Shown: piece after piece, positions 36,321 through 48,635 of the stretch
Numbering within the stretch: position 1 is the first letter of the stretch
Layout: the number at the start of each line of letters is the position of its first letter
Source of the DNA: Octopus sinensis
Taxonomy: Eukaryota
NCBI RefSeq assembly: GCF_006345805.1
Contig: NC_043019.1
Coordinates: forward strand, 31,309,360-31,373,359
Direction: 5' to 3'
Length of the DNA stretch: 64,000 nucleotides
The notes under the pieces: generated by a model
Told to the model about the DNA's origin: nothing
What the model saw: only the letters and a program-made list of their open reading frames with translations
Database searches by the model: none
Made by a program: the position numbers and the translations under genes

Positions 36321-36537
36321 TGAACAAAACCCCTCAGAAGCTGATACTCCATATTTGAAAAAAAAATCATCTCAACATTTCTCAGCATAAAATTATTGCT
36401 TTTTTTTTTAACATATCTTCTAGAATCTATATCTTTTTCATCGGATATAATCTGCTTACCACTTGGTGATGATAATATTTTTTCAGTAAACAAGGAAACT
36501 TTGAAAATATCTGCTTAGATTTCAGAGTAGCACTTAC

Positions 36538-36571
36538 TTGGCAAGAGACTTCATTTGATATAGTGTTGAAA
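36538..36571 (-). CDS. Candidate 34-nt exon (FNTISNEVSCQ or STLYQMKSLA)
   Basis: taattttttag| acceptor and CAA|gtaagt donor. Phase-compatible with 28416-28459. Confidence 0.2.
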
Positions 36572-36864
36572 CTAAAAAATTAATCTGTGTTAACAGTTAT
36601 TCTTTTATTCTTTTAGCTATGTGACTGTGGCCATACTGGTGCACCACCTCAAAGGGTTTTTTTAGTTGAAGAAATTGACCCCAGGACTTATTCTTTGTAA
36701 GCATGTTACTTATTCTGTTGGTCTCTTTTGTCGAACTGCTAAGTTACAAGGACGTAAACACACCAACATTGGGTGTCAACCAATGGTGATGGTGGTGGGT
36801 TGGGGACAAACACTGACACAAAGACGCGCACATAAATATAGACATATATATATATATATATTTA

Positions 36865-37812
36865 TATGACAGGCTTCTTTCAGTTTCCATTTCCAAAATT
36901 CACTCACAATACTTTGGTTGGCCTGAGGTTATAGTAGAAGACACTTGCCCAAAATACCATGCAGTAAGACTGAAACTGGAACCATGTTGTTATAACATAG
37001 GTGCAAGTGTGTGATTCAGAGCCTTGCTTCCCAACCACATGATTCTGGGTTCAATCCCTCTGTGTGGCACCTTGTGCAAGTGTTTTCTTCTATAGTCCCA
37101 GGCCAACAAAAACCTTGTGAGTGCATGAATAGATATGCTAGATGATGGAAACTGAAAGAAGCCCTTGGTTGTGTGATAAGAAGCTTACTCCTCAACCATA
37201 TGGATCCAGGTTCACTCCCACTGCATGGCATTTTGGGCAAATGTCTTCTACTGTAAGCCTTGGGCCAATCAAAGCCTTATGAATAGATTTGGTAGATGGA
37301 AACTGAAAGAAGCTTATCATCTATATATATGTGTGTGTGTCTTTGTCTTCTGCCACTGCTTGACAACTAGTGTTAGTGTGTTTATGTGCCTGTAACTTAG
37401 CAGTTTGGCAAGTAAGATCAATAGAATAAGTACCAAGCTTTAAAAAAAAATAAATACTGTTGTTGATTCATGCAATTCTAAATTCTTTAAAGGTGTTGCT
37501 CCAGCATGGCCACAGTCTAATGACTGAGACAAGTAAAAAAACGTGTGTGCATGTGTATTTATATATCTATGCATGTGTTTGTCCATCACCACTACCACCA
37601 CCCCACCATTTGACAACTGGTTTTGGTTTGTTTACATCTCTGTAACTTACCAGTTCAACAGAAGAGACTGATAGAACTGATAGAATAAGAAACAGGCTTT
37701 AAAAAAAAAGAAAGAGAAGGAGTCCTGGTGTTGATTCATTCAACTAAAACTCTTCAAAGCAGTGCCCCAGCATGGCTGCAGTCCAATGACTGAAACCAGT
37801 AAAAGATAAAAG
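36865..37812. mobile_element. Cluster of family C SINEs (minus head 36865-36990, plus heads at 37000 and 37165, plus tail to 37812)
   Basis: Repeated GCTTCCCAACCACATG / GGAAACTGAAAGAAGC motifs. Confidence 0.75.
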
Positions 37813-38650
37813 AGAGGACACACACACACACACACCACACACACACACACACACATACATACACACATACATATATTGGGTTTGTATTGTTTGGCAAGTG
37901 ACTGCATATAATCATTTTTTATGACTTAGTGAAAGTAAGAAATGCAAAATCCATGGCATTTTATAGGGCCTCTGAGACCTGCGAGAGGAAGGTGTTATTC
38001 TCAGACCAAAGCTCTTGCTGAAATTCTTGCTAAACAGTGATCTCTATAAAAGACCACCAAAGTACCAAATGATGGCATTACAGAAACAATGACAATATAT
38101 AAAAATCATAAAAGCCATTTAAAAACACATACAACACAGCTTACACTTTAGTTTTATTTCTTGATGGTGCTGTATTACTAGAACATCTCAGAAAATGTCG
38201 TTGTACATCTGAGACTTGAGTGAAACTAATTTCATTGACTGTATTCTGTTTTTATTATATGTTTTCTTCCTTGGAACAGTTGTAAGAGCTCTCAGAAGCT
38301 ACACTTCAAACCAATTCTTATCGTTTGGTCAAAATGTGTTAGAAGTGTATATATATATATATATATATGGATGTACGTTTGTATGTATGTATGCTTGTAT
38401 GTATAAAGGTATGCATGTATGTGTGGATATATATATACATATATAGATATATATGTGTGTGTGTGTGTGTGTGTGTAGATATGTTGGTGCAAACAGGAAA
38501 AATAGAACTTGAAATATGACTATTTTTTTTTCATCTAGTTTCATCTCACGATCTGTGGCCATGCTAGGGCACTTTTTAAAAAATATTTATTGATAAGTGC
38601 CGGCACACGAAACTCTCAGACCTTGAGTCACTCTGTTACTTCTGCTAAAC

Positions 38651-38695
<45 letters not shown>

Positions 38696-38959
38696 CTTAT
38701 AAATAAGGGCAAATGTTTGCCCTTATTTATAAGTTGTTTATAAATTTAACCTTTAAAGGTATTTTTTAATATGTTGGCCATTGATAAAATTAAAAAAAAA
38801 AGTTTTATCCTACATTAGATGTATATATATATGTATATATATATATGTATAGAGAGAGAAAGAGAGATAATTATAGTTATATGTATGTATATAGTGCATA
38901 TAAATTTCATATGTATGTATATATATGTGTGTGTGTATATGCATGTATGTATATATGTA

Positions 38960-39284
38960 TGACCTGGCTCTCTGTCGGTTACAATGACAAATGCTCCAGT
39001 TGGTACGGTAAGCAAAACAGCCTGCTCCTAAAATGAATGTGCAAGTGAATGAGCACTCAACAGACACATACACCCTTAACATAATCCTCAGGAAGATTCA
39101 GTGTGACACAGAATGTGACAGACTGGCCCCTTGAATTAGAGGTACAACTCATTTTTGCTGAATAAACTGAAGAAAACATGAAATAAAGTGTCTTGTTCTG
39201 GGACACAACACACTGCCAAGAACCAAACTCATGACCTTGTGATTGAGAGTTGAATACCCTAACCACTAAGCTATGCACCTTCAC
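38960..39284 (-). mobile_element. SINE family D head with alternative tail
   Basis: Reverse complement GTGAAGGTGCATAGCTTAGTGGTTAG...CAAGACACTTTATTTC...GAGTTGTACC...CTGAATCTTCCTGAG. Homolog at 43915-44224. Confidence 0.75.
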
Positions 39285-39627
39285 ATATATACATATGAAT
39301 GTATATATTCCTTCTACTAAATTTCACTCACACTGTATTAGTCATAATTTATAGTTACAGTAGGGAGCACCAGCCAACAATATCCATACAAGGAGAGCAA
39401 ATGTTTTAACTATACAGCCATGTGTTTGTGTGTGTGTTCTCTCTCTCTATATATGTATATGCATATCTATCTATCTCCCTCTCTCTGTATATATATATAT
39501 ATATGTATATTTACATATGCATATATATGTATGCTATTAAGTTAGACATGGCCTGGGCCAATAATGGCCGAAACCTATCAAAGTATCAAAGTATCAAAGT
39601 ATATATATGTATGTATGTATATATATA

Positions 39628-40180
39628 CAAGCAAAACGCCCCACCGTCCAATGGACGGTGCTGAGTTGTCAAACGTTTAACTCAAACTTTCTCAAAACAA
39701 CTTTTCTGACCGTCCCATAGGCCTCCCCTTTTAGAAACACTGATTTAACCTACATTTGAGACACCAGCAAAAGAAGAAATAAAGATAGACTTTTTTTCTA
39801 TTCCGAAGAAAAACGATTTTATTCACACAAATATGCAACTGAAGAGTTTAAAGCACCTGTAATGATAAGGCTGTTGACTGGGAGAACAGAAACATGGTTT
39901 AAACGGTAAGCTTGGCAGGAAAGAAACGTGCCTTTAAGCAGTACAAAAACAACAAAAAATGGAAGGTGCAGTTAGGTACAGGTTGACAGAAGAAAAGTAG
40001 GACAAAAATGGCTTTATCGATCACCTTCTCATCTGGAATTGATTTTTGTAATATTTTCAAGATTTATACACGCCCTGATACTGTCAGTATCTACATATCA
40101 AATTTTAGTGCAATTGGATGGAGGATGCCCCAGATCCTAGAAGGCACACACACAGACAGACAGAACAGATATTATATAAT
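39628..40180 (-). mobile_element. Non-autonomous Helitron-like element
   Basis: Perfect 9-bp hairpin CACCGTCCA-N-TGGACGGTG (39642-39660), 10 nt from a CTTG|T end (cf. CTRR). The 5' region has TATAATATCTGTTCTGTCTGTCTGTGTG typical of such elements. Confidence 0.6.
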
Positions 40181-40424
40181 TGCTGGTCACAATGCGTTCG
40201 CATTGTTTTATCCTTCGAATGACACCACGCCGCTGGCTAAGCGAGCAGGCCAACAGAAGAAAGAGTGGTGAAAGAGTACAGCAGGGGTCACCACCCCCTG
40301 CCGGAGCTCGTGGAGCTTTTAGGTGTTTTCGCTCAATAAACACACACAACACACGGTCTGGGAATCGAAAACGCGATCCTACGACCACGAGTCCGCTGCC
40401 CTAACCACTGATCCATTGCGCCTC
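40181..40424 (-). mobile_element. SINE family E head with a different tail from 12968-13294
   Basis: Reverse complement GAGGCGCAATGGATCAGTGGTTAGGGCAGCGGACTC...TTATTGAGCGAAAACACCTA..AGCTCCACGAG matches 12968-13120, then diverges. Confidence 0.85.
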
Positions 40425-40429
40425 ATATA

Positions 40430-40502
<73 letters not shown>

Positions 40503-41166
40503 ATATATATATATATATATGATGAGATTCCATGTTGTTTTTATCTCCTGGTTTCACTAGCAAGGCATTGGTCAGTTTGAAGATTGAATCAAAGCCAACT
40601 ATAGGCAATATGGTGTAAGTCCAAACCAAAGACTCTCTAAATCACCACACAACCATGGCCAACACTATATTGATTGTTTACAATATATAATGTCATGTTA
40701 TATCTAAAGTCATATCTGGAATTAATTATTCATCACTTGATTTATGGCTCTATTATTGTCAATATTGATTTAAAGTGAGGCACCCGCCTACGCTTCCAAT
40801 TGGTGCATTTATAATATTTATACATATATATATATACACACACATACACACACACACACATAATTATATATATATATATATGACGTTAAATGATGATGAT
40901 GATATATATACATATATAATTATCATCATTGTTTAATGTCTGCTTTCCATGAGTTGGATGGTTTGACTGAGGACTGGCAAGCCAGGAGACTGCATTAGGC
41001 TCCAATCTGATCTGACATATTTTCTACCGCTGGATATGTATATTATGTGTGTGTGTGTGTGTATACATGTAGATTGATATACATATTACATGTATGTATG
41101 TATGTCTGTGTGTTTATGTATGCATAAATTAACTTGTGAAAAAATTACAAGGGAAAGTAGATTTAA

Positions 41167-41496
41167 CCCTTTGATTATGTAATTAAATTTCATGGCCATT
41201 CCCATAATGATATTAATTATCTTCCGAAGAATAGAATTCTGTTTCTGCAATACTGTTTCAGTATCTCCTGTCGGTATGGTTTTTCATATCCACCCCTAAA
41301 AGTATTTGATTCTTGCTCTATTAAGAGATTTTTGATGGAATATATGATAAAAATTAAGAAAATCTGAAAAATTGTGTTTCGTATAAAATGTTATTAGAGG
41401 TATCTCTGTTTCTTGCACTATCAGGATAAAACCACTTTCTGCTGTTAGTGATAATGAAATTTTGTCAAGATATATCTGCTTTCCATGTTAAAAAGT
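41167..41496. mobile_element. piggyBac-type MITE, related to the 60.3-kb array unit
   Basis: TTAA|CCCTTTGA ... GTTAAAAAGT|TTAA. The left part is homologous to 58436-58548. Confidence 0.55.
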
Positions 41497-41769
41497 TTAA
41501 GTACTGGATTTGAGAGAAATGGAGAGAGTGAGAGAGAAAGTGAGACGGGAAGAGAAAGAGAGTATGTGAGAGAGAGAGAGATCAGAAGGTACCCTGCAGT
41601 GTAATTGGTAACACACTTACTCAGCAGCCCATAGATACAAGGATCAGATCCTAACAGTGAACTGGTTTTTATTCTCTGCCTCTCTCACAAAAAAAATGAT
41701 TCTAAACTCAAGGTTTAAAATTATGTTTCTTTGAAAGATCTTCACAGTTAATTCATTTGATATCAATAT

Positions 41770-42050
41770 ATCTATTATCAAGCTGGTGAAGTCAGTGAGC
41801 TAGGAAAATTAGCATGGTGAGTAAAATGCTTAGTGGCATTTCATCTGTCATTACATTCTTAGTTCAAATATCATGGAGGTCAACTTTGCTTTCTGGTTTC
41901 AAATGCTACCAATGTCAACTTTGCTTTTCATCCATTCAGGGTTGATAAAATAAGTATCGCTTGAAAAGTGTGTGTGTGTGTGGGTCAATGTAATCAATTG
42001 CCCCCACTCCTCAAAATTTCTGGCCTTGTGTCAAATTTAGAAATAATTAT
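41770..42050 (+). mobile_element. SINE family A, degenerate
   Basis: Family core GTCAACTTTGCTTTTCATCC...GATAAAATAAGTA and AAATTTAGAAA tail. Confidence 0.7.
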
Positions 42051-42413
42051 TATATTTATTGGTCGTATTTTACCATTTATTGGATTTTGTGTGATTTACA
42101 TTTGGTATTCAAATATATATATATCTATATATATATGGGGTGAAAATTACAATCAATAAATCAATGGTAAATCTCATTCTGAGAATTAATTTCAAAAGCA
42201 AAAAAAATGTCCTGAAATTATTGAAATAGAATAGGAGTGACTTGTGCTGCTAACGAGTGTGTGAGAATTGATCTCGAAGACTTCTTCTTCTCTTTGTGTA
42301 ATGCCTTTCCTCCTGTTGCTTTCTCTCTTGCCTTCAACATCTCTTTTACTAAATACACAAACACACATATGTATGTACATATATACATATATGTATATAT
42401 GTATGTATGTATG

Positions 42414-42475
<62 letters not shown>

Positions 42476-43066
42476 TAGATAAATAAATATATATATATAT
42501 AGGTTCATATACACGTTATGATACCCTGAAATATCCAAAAATGGTCATTATATAAAATTCCTTATGATCTTTTATTTGTATATGTCAAAGCAGAAATATT
42601 CCTTCAGTATCACTGAAAAATCAATCAAATATTGATCTCTGTGTGAGCGTGTGTGTGTACACATATAATAATATCAACCACACCTCACAAAGTACATCAT
42701 AATTTACACAATCAATAAGTAAAATTCTAGACAACTAATTAAAAATAAGTTGAGGCTATGACCTGCGCCTATGTGAAATGAATAGAAAGAAAGAATGCAT
42801 ATGGCCTGGGCAAATACTAGCCGAAACCTATCAAAGTATGAAAGAAAGTGTGTATGTGTATATATATATATATATTTATTTATTAATGTACTTATTTATT
42901 TATATATATATTTATTTATATATATATTTATTTATTTATTAATGTATTTATTTATTTATATATTTTTTTATGTATATATATATTTATTTATATATTGATA
43001 TATATATACATACATACATATATATATATATATACATCTAAATATATACATACATATATATGCATA

Positions 43067-43098
<32 letters not shown>

Positions 43099-43722
43099 CA
43101 TACATATATATATCTATACATACATACTTACATACATATATATATACATATATACATATATATATATTTACATTCATATATATACACATGTAAAAATAGA
43201 AAGGATATATATATGTGTGTAAGGTTAGTGTTGACAGTCAGAGGATAGGATATTTGATAACATGGTTGGTAGAGATTAATAATATTATTAATTTTGGCTC
43301 AGTCAGCCTCAGGCAAAAGTACAACACCTGAAAACTCTGTGCAATCATAAGCAAAACTCAGAGTAGCAAGTGACTCACACAGCCAAAATAAAAATATATC
43401 TATATACAGATATAAAATAACCAATAGTGACAAAAGCAGCATTAATACCACAGGAAAATCCTGATCTCCTGCTTAACATGGAAGTTTTGTTAGAATGCTG
43501 ACTATTGCGTTATTTAGCTTGAGAGGACCTCTCATATGGACACTTCCTGTTTTTAATGTTGCCTGAGGATTATGGACAGGAAACCACATGCAGCAGTTCA
43601 TAACTTGAATATGGGGAAGTGTTGTTGCAGTCTAAGCTTGTATTTTCCTATAGTCAAGCTTGTTTCTAAATGCTTGCTGTTTCCGTTGTTGGCTAAAACA
43701 GAGAAGGGCAAATGTTACTCTG

Positions 43723-44224
43723 CATCATCATCATCATCATCATCATCATTTAACCCCTGCCTTCCATGCTGGCATGGGTGTGACAGTTTGACTGGAGCCA
43801 GCCAGGCAGAAGCCTGCACCAAACGTCTGTGACTGTTTTGACAGGAATTTTACAATTGGATGCCTTTCCTAGCACCAACCACGCAACAAGGAAAACTACT
43901 ACTCCCTTGTCATCAAACATTACACTATAACTGCATTCCAGTTGGTTTGATCAATGGAACAGCCAGCTCATGAAATTAACATATAAGTGGCTGAGCACTC
44001 CACAGACACATGTAGCTTTAACATAGATCTCAGGGAAATTCAGTTTAACACAGAATGTGCCAAGACTGGTCCTTTGAATAACAGGTACAACTCATTTTTG
44101 TTTGCTAAGTGGACTGGGGCTATGTGAAATAAAGTGTCTTGCTGAAGAGCATGATGTGCCATCAGGAATCAAACCCATGACCTTACACTTATGAGATGAA
44201 TACCCTTAGCCACATGCCTTCACA
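43723..44224 (-). mobile_element. Repeat family B (43723-43880) and SINE family D (43915-44224)
   Basis: Family motifs on the minus strand. Confidence 0.7.
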
Positions 44225-44347
44225 CTTTGAATCTACACACTTGGCTAACATGTTCTCAATGCCTACCAGTTCAGCAAAAAAAAAAAAGAGACCAGTTGAA
44301 TAAGTATCATCGTCATCAGCATCATTATTATCATCAGTATTGTTAAA

Positions 44348-44569
44348 CCCTTTTGTTACCATATTTCTGTTGAAATGCTCTGTGTTTCTTTCAATTAATT
44401 TTAAGTATAACAAAGAATTTAGTAAAATAACTTATTTATCATTAAGCTAGTGTTAGGAACATAAATTGGGACTAAGGTTTGGCGGAAGATTTTGATTCAG
44501 AACTTATGAAAACAAGACATTTGTACTACAGGGCCAGAGCCGGTTTCAGGCAGGTTGGTATGAAAAGGG
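44348..44569. mobile_element. piggyBac-type MITE (~220 bp)
   Basis: TTAA(A)CCCTTTTGTTACC ... GGTATGAAAAGGG|TTAA. Second copy at 58211-58431. Confidence 0.85.
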
Positions 44570-45280
44570 TTAACATCAGTTTTCCAAGCTGGCAAGTGTT
44601 GGACTGTTTGACAGGGTCTAGCAAGCCATATGGCCACACCAGGCTCCAGTCATGCCATATGCTTTGATATGGTCTTTACAGATGGATGCCCTTCCTAGAG
44701 GCAATCACTTTATAGAGTGTACAGGGTGCTTTTTATGTGGCACCAGCATGAATGCTTTTTACGTGGGGCCAAGACAAAAAATTAGTACTGGGGGTGGTAG
44801 TGATGTGCCGAGCTAAATCCCTTCAAGGAATTGACTGTGGTGAATCAACTAAAAGATAAACGATTACAGAGTCAGTTGAAAACAAGATTGATTGCAGAAA
44901 ATGATTAACTGTGAGGTTGGAGAGAAAAAACGCATGAGTATAAAGTGGGAAAATCACTTTGTTTGAAAGACAAAATGTACGACAAAGCTGGTCATAGTTG
45001 AAACATCTTTAGATCACTGGTTTATTTAATCAAAAGCCTCAGAGTCAACCTAGTAATAAAACGACAACAACAACAACAACAACCATTTTCATGTAATGTT
45101 TATAACACGAGTAGAAGTATTTTTTAATTAAGTTATTGCACACAATCCTTTTTAGCACTAAGATTACAAAGTATCATGGTATTGATTGCTTTTTACTGAA
45201 AATGTGTCAAAAGACTTCTTTCTGCTATTTTTGGTTGAATTTTTGCTTGTTTGTTTGTTTCTTAGTGTTTGAAGTAGCTT

Positions 45281-45315
<35 letters not shown>

Positions 45316-45381
45316 TTGATGTTTTGATTTTTGCTTCCGAATATGACGTTGATGTGATGGGTGTAAAGATGCAGCTTCCAT

Positions 45382-45455
45382 TCAGTTAGTTTTAATAGCT
45401 AGTTCTTTTAAATCCCTCTTCATTGTAGAGTCATCGACAAGGCTACTTGTTGTTT
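45382..45455 (-). CDS. Candidate terminal exon xTTSSLVDDSTMKRDLKELAIKTN*
   Basis: Long pyrimidine tract ttattcttctttccccgtattag|, coding-like composition, followed by ~600 bp of unique UTR-like sequence. No homolog recognised. Confidence 0.3.
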
Positions 45456-45726
45456 CTAATACGGGGAAAGAAGAATAACAAAATGTATTTTTAATTTGCT
45501 TGTTTGAGTATTTTTGTTTGTTTTTTTTTTGTTTTTGTTTTTGTGTAAGCTGTTCCACTTCTCTGCTGCTGTTGCTGCTACTGCTGCTGCTGTTGTTTTT
45601 TGTAAGCAGTTTTAAGGAATGGACTGTAAAGAAAAATCCATATAAATTAGGTGCAGGCATGACTATAAAAAGTTTGCTTTCCGACCACATTGTTCCGGGT
45701 TCAATCCTACGATGTGGCACCATAGG

Positions 45727-46235
45727 CTCAGGCATGGCTGTGTGGTAAGAAGTTTGCTTCCCATCTACATGGTTCCAGGTTCAGTCCTGCTGCATGACAC
45801 CTTGGGCAAATGTCTTCTGCTATAGCCTTGGACTAATCAAAGCCTTGTGAATGGATTTAATTGAGAGAAACTGAAAGAAGCCCATCATACATGTGTGTGT
45901 GTGTGTGAGTGAGTGTGTGTGTGTATGATGTGTGTATGTGTGTCTATATATCTGTCTATGTGTGTGCATGTTTATGTGTCCCTGTTTGTGTATGTGTCTG
46001 TGTGTATCTATGTGAGAATATATGTATCTGTGTATATCTGTTTATGTATGTGTGTGTCTTTGTGTTTGTGTTGCTCCTCACCCCTGTTTGACAATCAGTG
46101 TTGGTTTGTTTACATCCTCATAACTTAGCATAACTTATCAAAAGATACTGATTGAATAAGTGCCAAACTCAAGAAATAAGCACTGGGGTCAATGCTCCAG
46201 TATGGCCACAGTCCAATAACTGAAACAAGCAAATG
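45727..46235 (+). mobile_element. SINE family C, full length with internal (GT) tract
   Basis: Head, internal microsatellite and tail motifs all present. Confidence 0.8.
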
Positions 46236-46850
46236 ATAAGAACTAAAGCTGTCTGTGTCCAGTTTCGCTAAACCCTAAAATGATCTGGTCACTCTTGCTG
46301 TTAATAGGTAATGCAAGGTTGGAACAACATTGCTGTTCAAACAGCTGCACCTTTAAAATACTGAGAAATAACCGATAAGCCAACAGTGCCAAATTCAAAT
46401 ACTGTTTTTGGCCCATGTCTTTGTCATAGTTTTTTAGCCCTCTAGTGAAATCTGACCCAGGAATTCTATGATCCAAAACAGTCATCAGCAAATTGTGGCC
46501 TGCAAGACTTTCTGAATGGCATGCCTAATGGAAAGCTACATGGAATTCTTTTAGCTGTTTGGCCCCACCCATCCCTGATGATGTTTCAAGCCACTTGAAA
46601 AGTTTTCCTGTGTCTGATCTAAAGTGTTTCAACTGGAACCACCCTGTCTTTTTATGGGTATCCCTGGGACTGTCATTTAATAAGTCTTTTCTTTATTTAA
46701 TACTGTGGTAGCATATAAATTTGAGAGAGAGAGACTTAGCTGCTATTTCTAGCCTTTTGAGTGAGCATCTAGAGCAGTGACTGAAATGTAAATACCAGAG
46801 TACAGAACGGACAATTTCAGACTGATGAGCATTTGTAAGGAGAACAGAAT

Positions 46851-47094
46851 TGTCGTATTGGAAATAAGGCTTTATTCAACTTCTTTGACAGATACAGTAG
46901 ACAAATAATAATTTTCACTAGTGAGTTGAGAATGAGTTAACAACAATGACATGATGCAGTTTGGTAATGAAAAGCTAGCCAAAATAGTTACATATAAAAA
47001 ATACATACACAAACAGCATGCATATTTTTGTATAAACATGTATATGCAAATAACATAAACATGTATACACACAGATCATTGCATTCTCACAACA
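46851..47094 (-). mobile_element. 3' LTR (244 bp) of a Ty3/Gypsy element
   Basis: TGTTGT...ACGACA termini, AATAAA at 46871-46876 on the minus strand, directly preceded by the polypurine tract AGTTGGGGAGAA (47095-47106). Confidence 0.8.
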
Positions 47095-47150
47095 TTCTCC
47101 CCAACTAGAAAATAGAAGTCCGGGGGTTGAATGGATAGGCACAGAATGTT

Positions 47151-48045
47151 TCAAACTTCTATACTGCGTAGATTATACGTTCTAGTTCTGTTGTAAGTGA
47201 TAGATTCTCTTTTCCAAACATGCTGTTCATGAGGTGTCTGTTGTTCTTGCTGCTCAATACTTTGATTAATATTATCAGTCTCTGGAGTGTCTTGGGGAAC
47301 ATGTTCAATGTTTACCTCATTACTTTCAGGTGATTTCGTAGTTCGTAGTTTCAAAGTATGTGTGTTAGGAGTTTCATCAGTTTGCACAATCTCTTCATGG
47401 TTTTGTTGATTGATCAAAATCTTGTGAATTGGTGCCAGCTGTCTCTGTGACACGCTTGTTTCCCGTCCATCAGCTAAATGTACATATGCATATTGAGGGT
47501 TACAGTCTAAAAGTTTTATTTCATCAACCAGGGGGTCATACTTGGATGATCTGAATTTCCTTTTCAAGTACACAGTTCCGGGAGTCAGAAACCAGTTGGG
47601 CAGTGTTGTTCCCATCGTAGATTTGCAGTTGTAGGAAAATAGGCGTTCATGTGGAGTTTCATTTGTAGCTGTGCAGAGCAGTGATCTGATAGAGTGCAGA
47701 GCTTCTGTAAGTACTTGCTCCCAATGACTGATTGGCAAAGTATGGGATTTGAGGGATAGGGTTATGGTTTTCCACAGCGTACCATTCAGTCTCTCCACCT
47801 GACTGTTGCAATGAGGATTGTATGGAGTTGTGCGACTTGTTGCTACTCCTTTCTGTAGTAGGAAAGATCTCAATTCCTCTGACATAAATGCAGGTCCTCT
47901 ATCACTGTGGTTGTATGATGGCATTCCAAAAATAGCAAACAATTGAGAGAGGCAACAAATGACAGTAGTGGCAGAAGTATCAGGACAAGCAAATGCAAAT
48001 GGGAAACGTGAGTATTTGTCAACAATAGTTAACAGGTTACTAGAG
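47151..48045 (-). pseudogene. Ty3/Gypsy integrase (rve core + C-terminus), 5'-truncated, still open
   Basis: LTIVDKYSRFPFAF...HSDRGPAFMSEEL...TTPYNP..NSQVERLNGTL with exact D(35)E spacing. The first catalytic Asp and HHCC domain are absent, and the first 27 aa of the track ORF come from an antisense SINE. Confidence 0.92.
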
Positions 48046-48049
48046 CGAA

Positions 48050-48635
48050 TGTGTAGTAAGAAGTTTGCTTCCCAGCCACATAGTTCTTGGTTCAGTTCCA
48101 CTGCATAACTCCTAAGCAAATGTTTTCTGCTATAACTCCAGGCTGACCAAAGTTTTGTGAGTGGACTTGGTAGATAGAAACTGAAAGAAACCCTTCATAT
48201 ATGTGTGTGCGTATATATATATGTATATGTGTGAGTGAGTGTGTGTGTAGATATATTTGTGTACTCACACATACACATATATACATGCACATTTGAACGT
48301 ATTTATATATAAGAGTATTGTAGTTCGCTTGAAGCATTGTGTATTGTTTGTAAAGAATAAAAAGTTTTGAATGGTACAACAATGCACTATAATATATTTA
48401 TATATGTAAGTGTATGTATGTATATCTTTGTATTTTCCCCCCAACAGCTCGATAACAACCAGTGTTGGTTTGTCCCCATAACTTAGAAGTTCAGCAAAAG
48501 AGAGACTGATAGAACAACTACTGGACTTCAAAAAAAAAAAGTACTGAGGTCGATTTATTCAATTAAAACCTTGAACTCATTGCCTCCAACATGGCTACAG
48601 TCCAACGACTGAAACATGTAAAAGATAAAAGATTA
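48050..48635 (+). mobile_element. SINE family C abutting the integrase truncation point
   Basis: Head at 48050-48200, microsatellite core, tail to 48635. Confidence 0.8.

Noticed and set aside
35768-36323. Thr-rich/Val-rich mucin-like ORFs (also 53941-54728 and 62685-63215)
   Set aside because: Degenerate trinucleotide repeats open in several frames on both strands, with no convincing splice boundaries.
39548-39580. GGCC...GGCCGAAAC (also 42801-42830) as functional hammerheads
   Set aside because: No CUGANGA half or stem I. Counted only as possible remnants.
46243-46700. Moderate-GC unique patch with an 82-aa ORF beside the LTR
   Set aside because: No recognisable motif in any frame and no clear splice sites. 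Left uncalled.
47348-47380. CTGATGA...GAAAC on the minus strand inside the integrase tail
   Set aside because: The intervening sequence cannot form stem II. Chance match.
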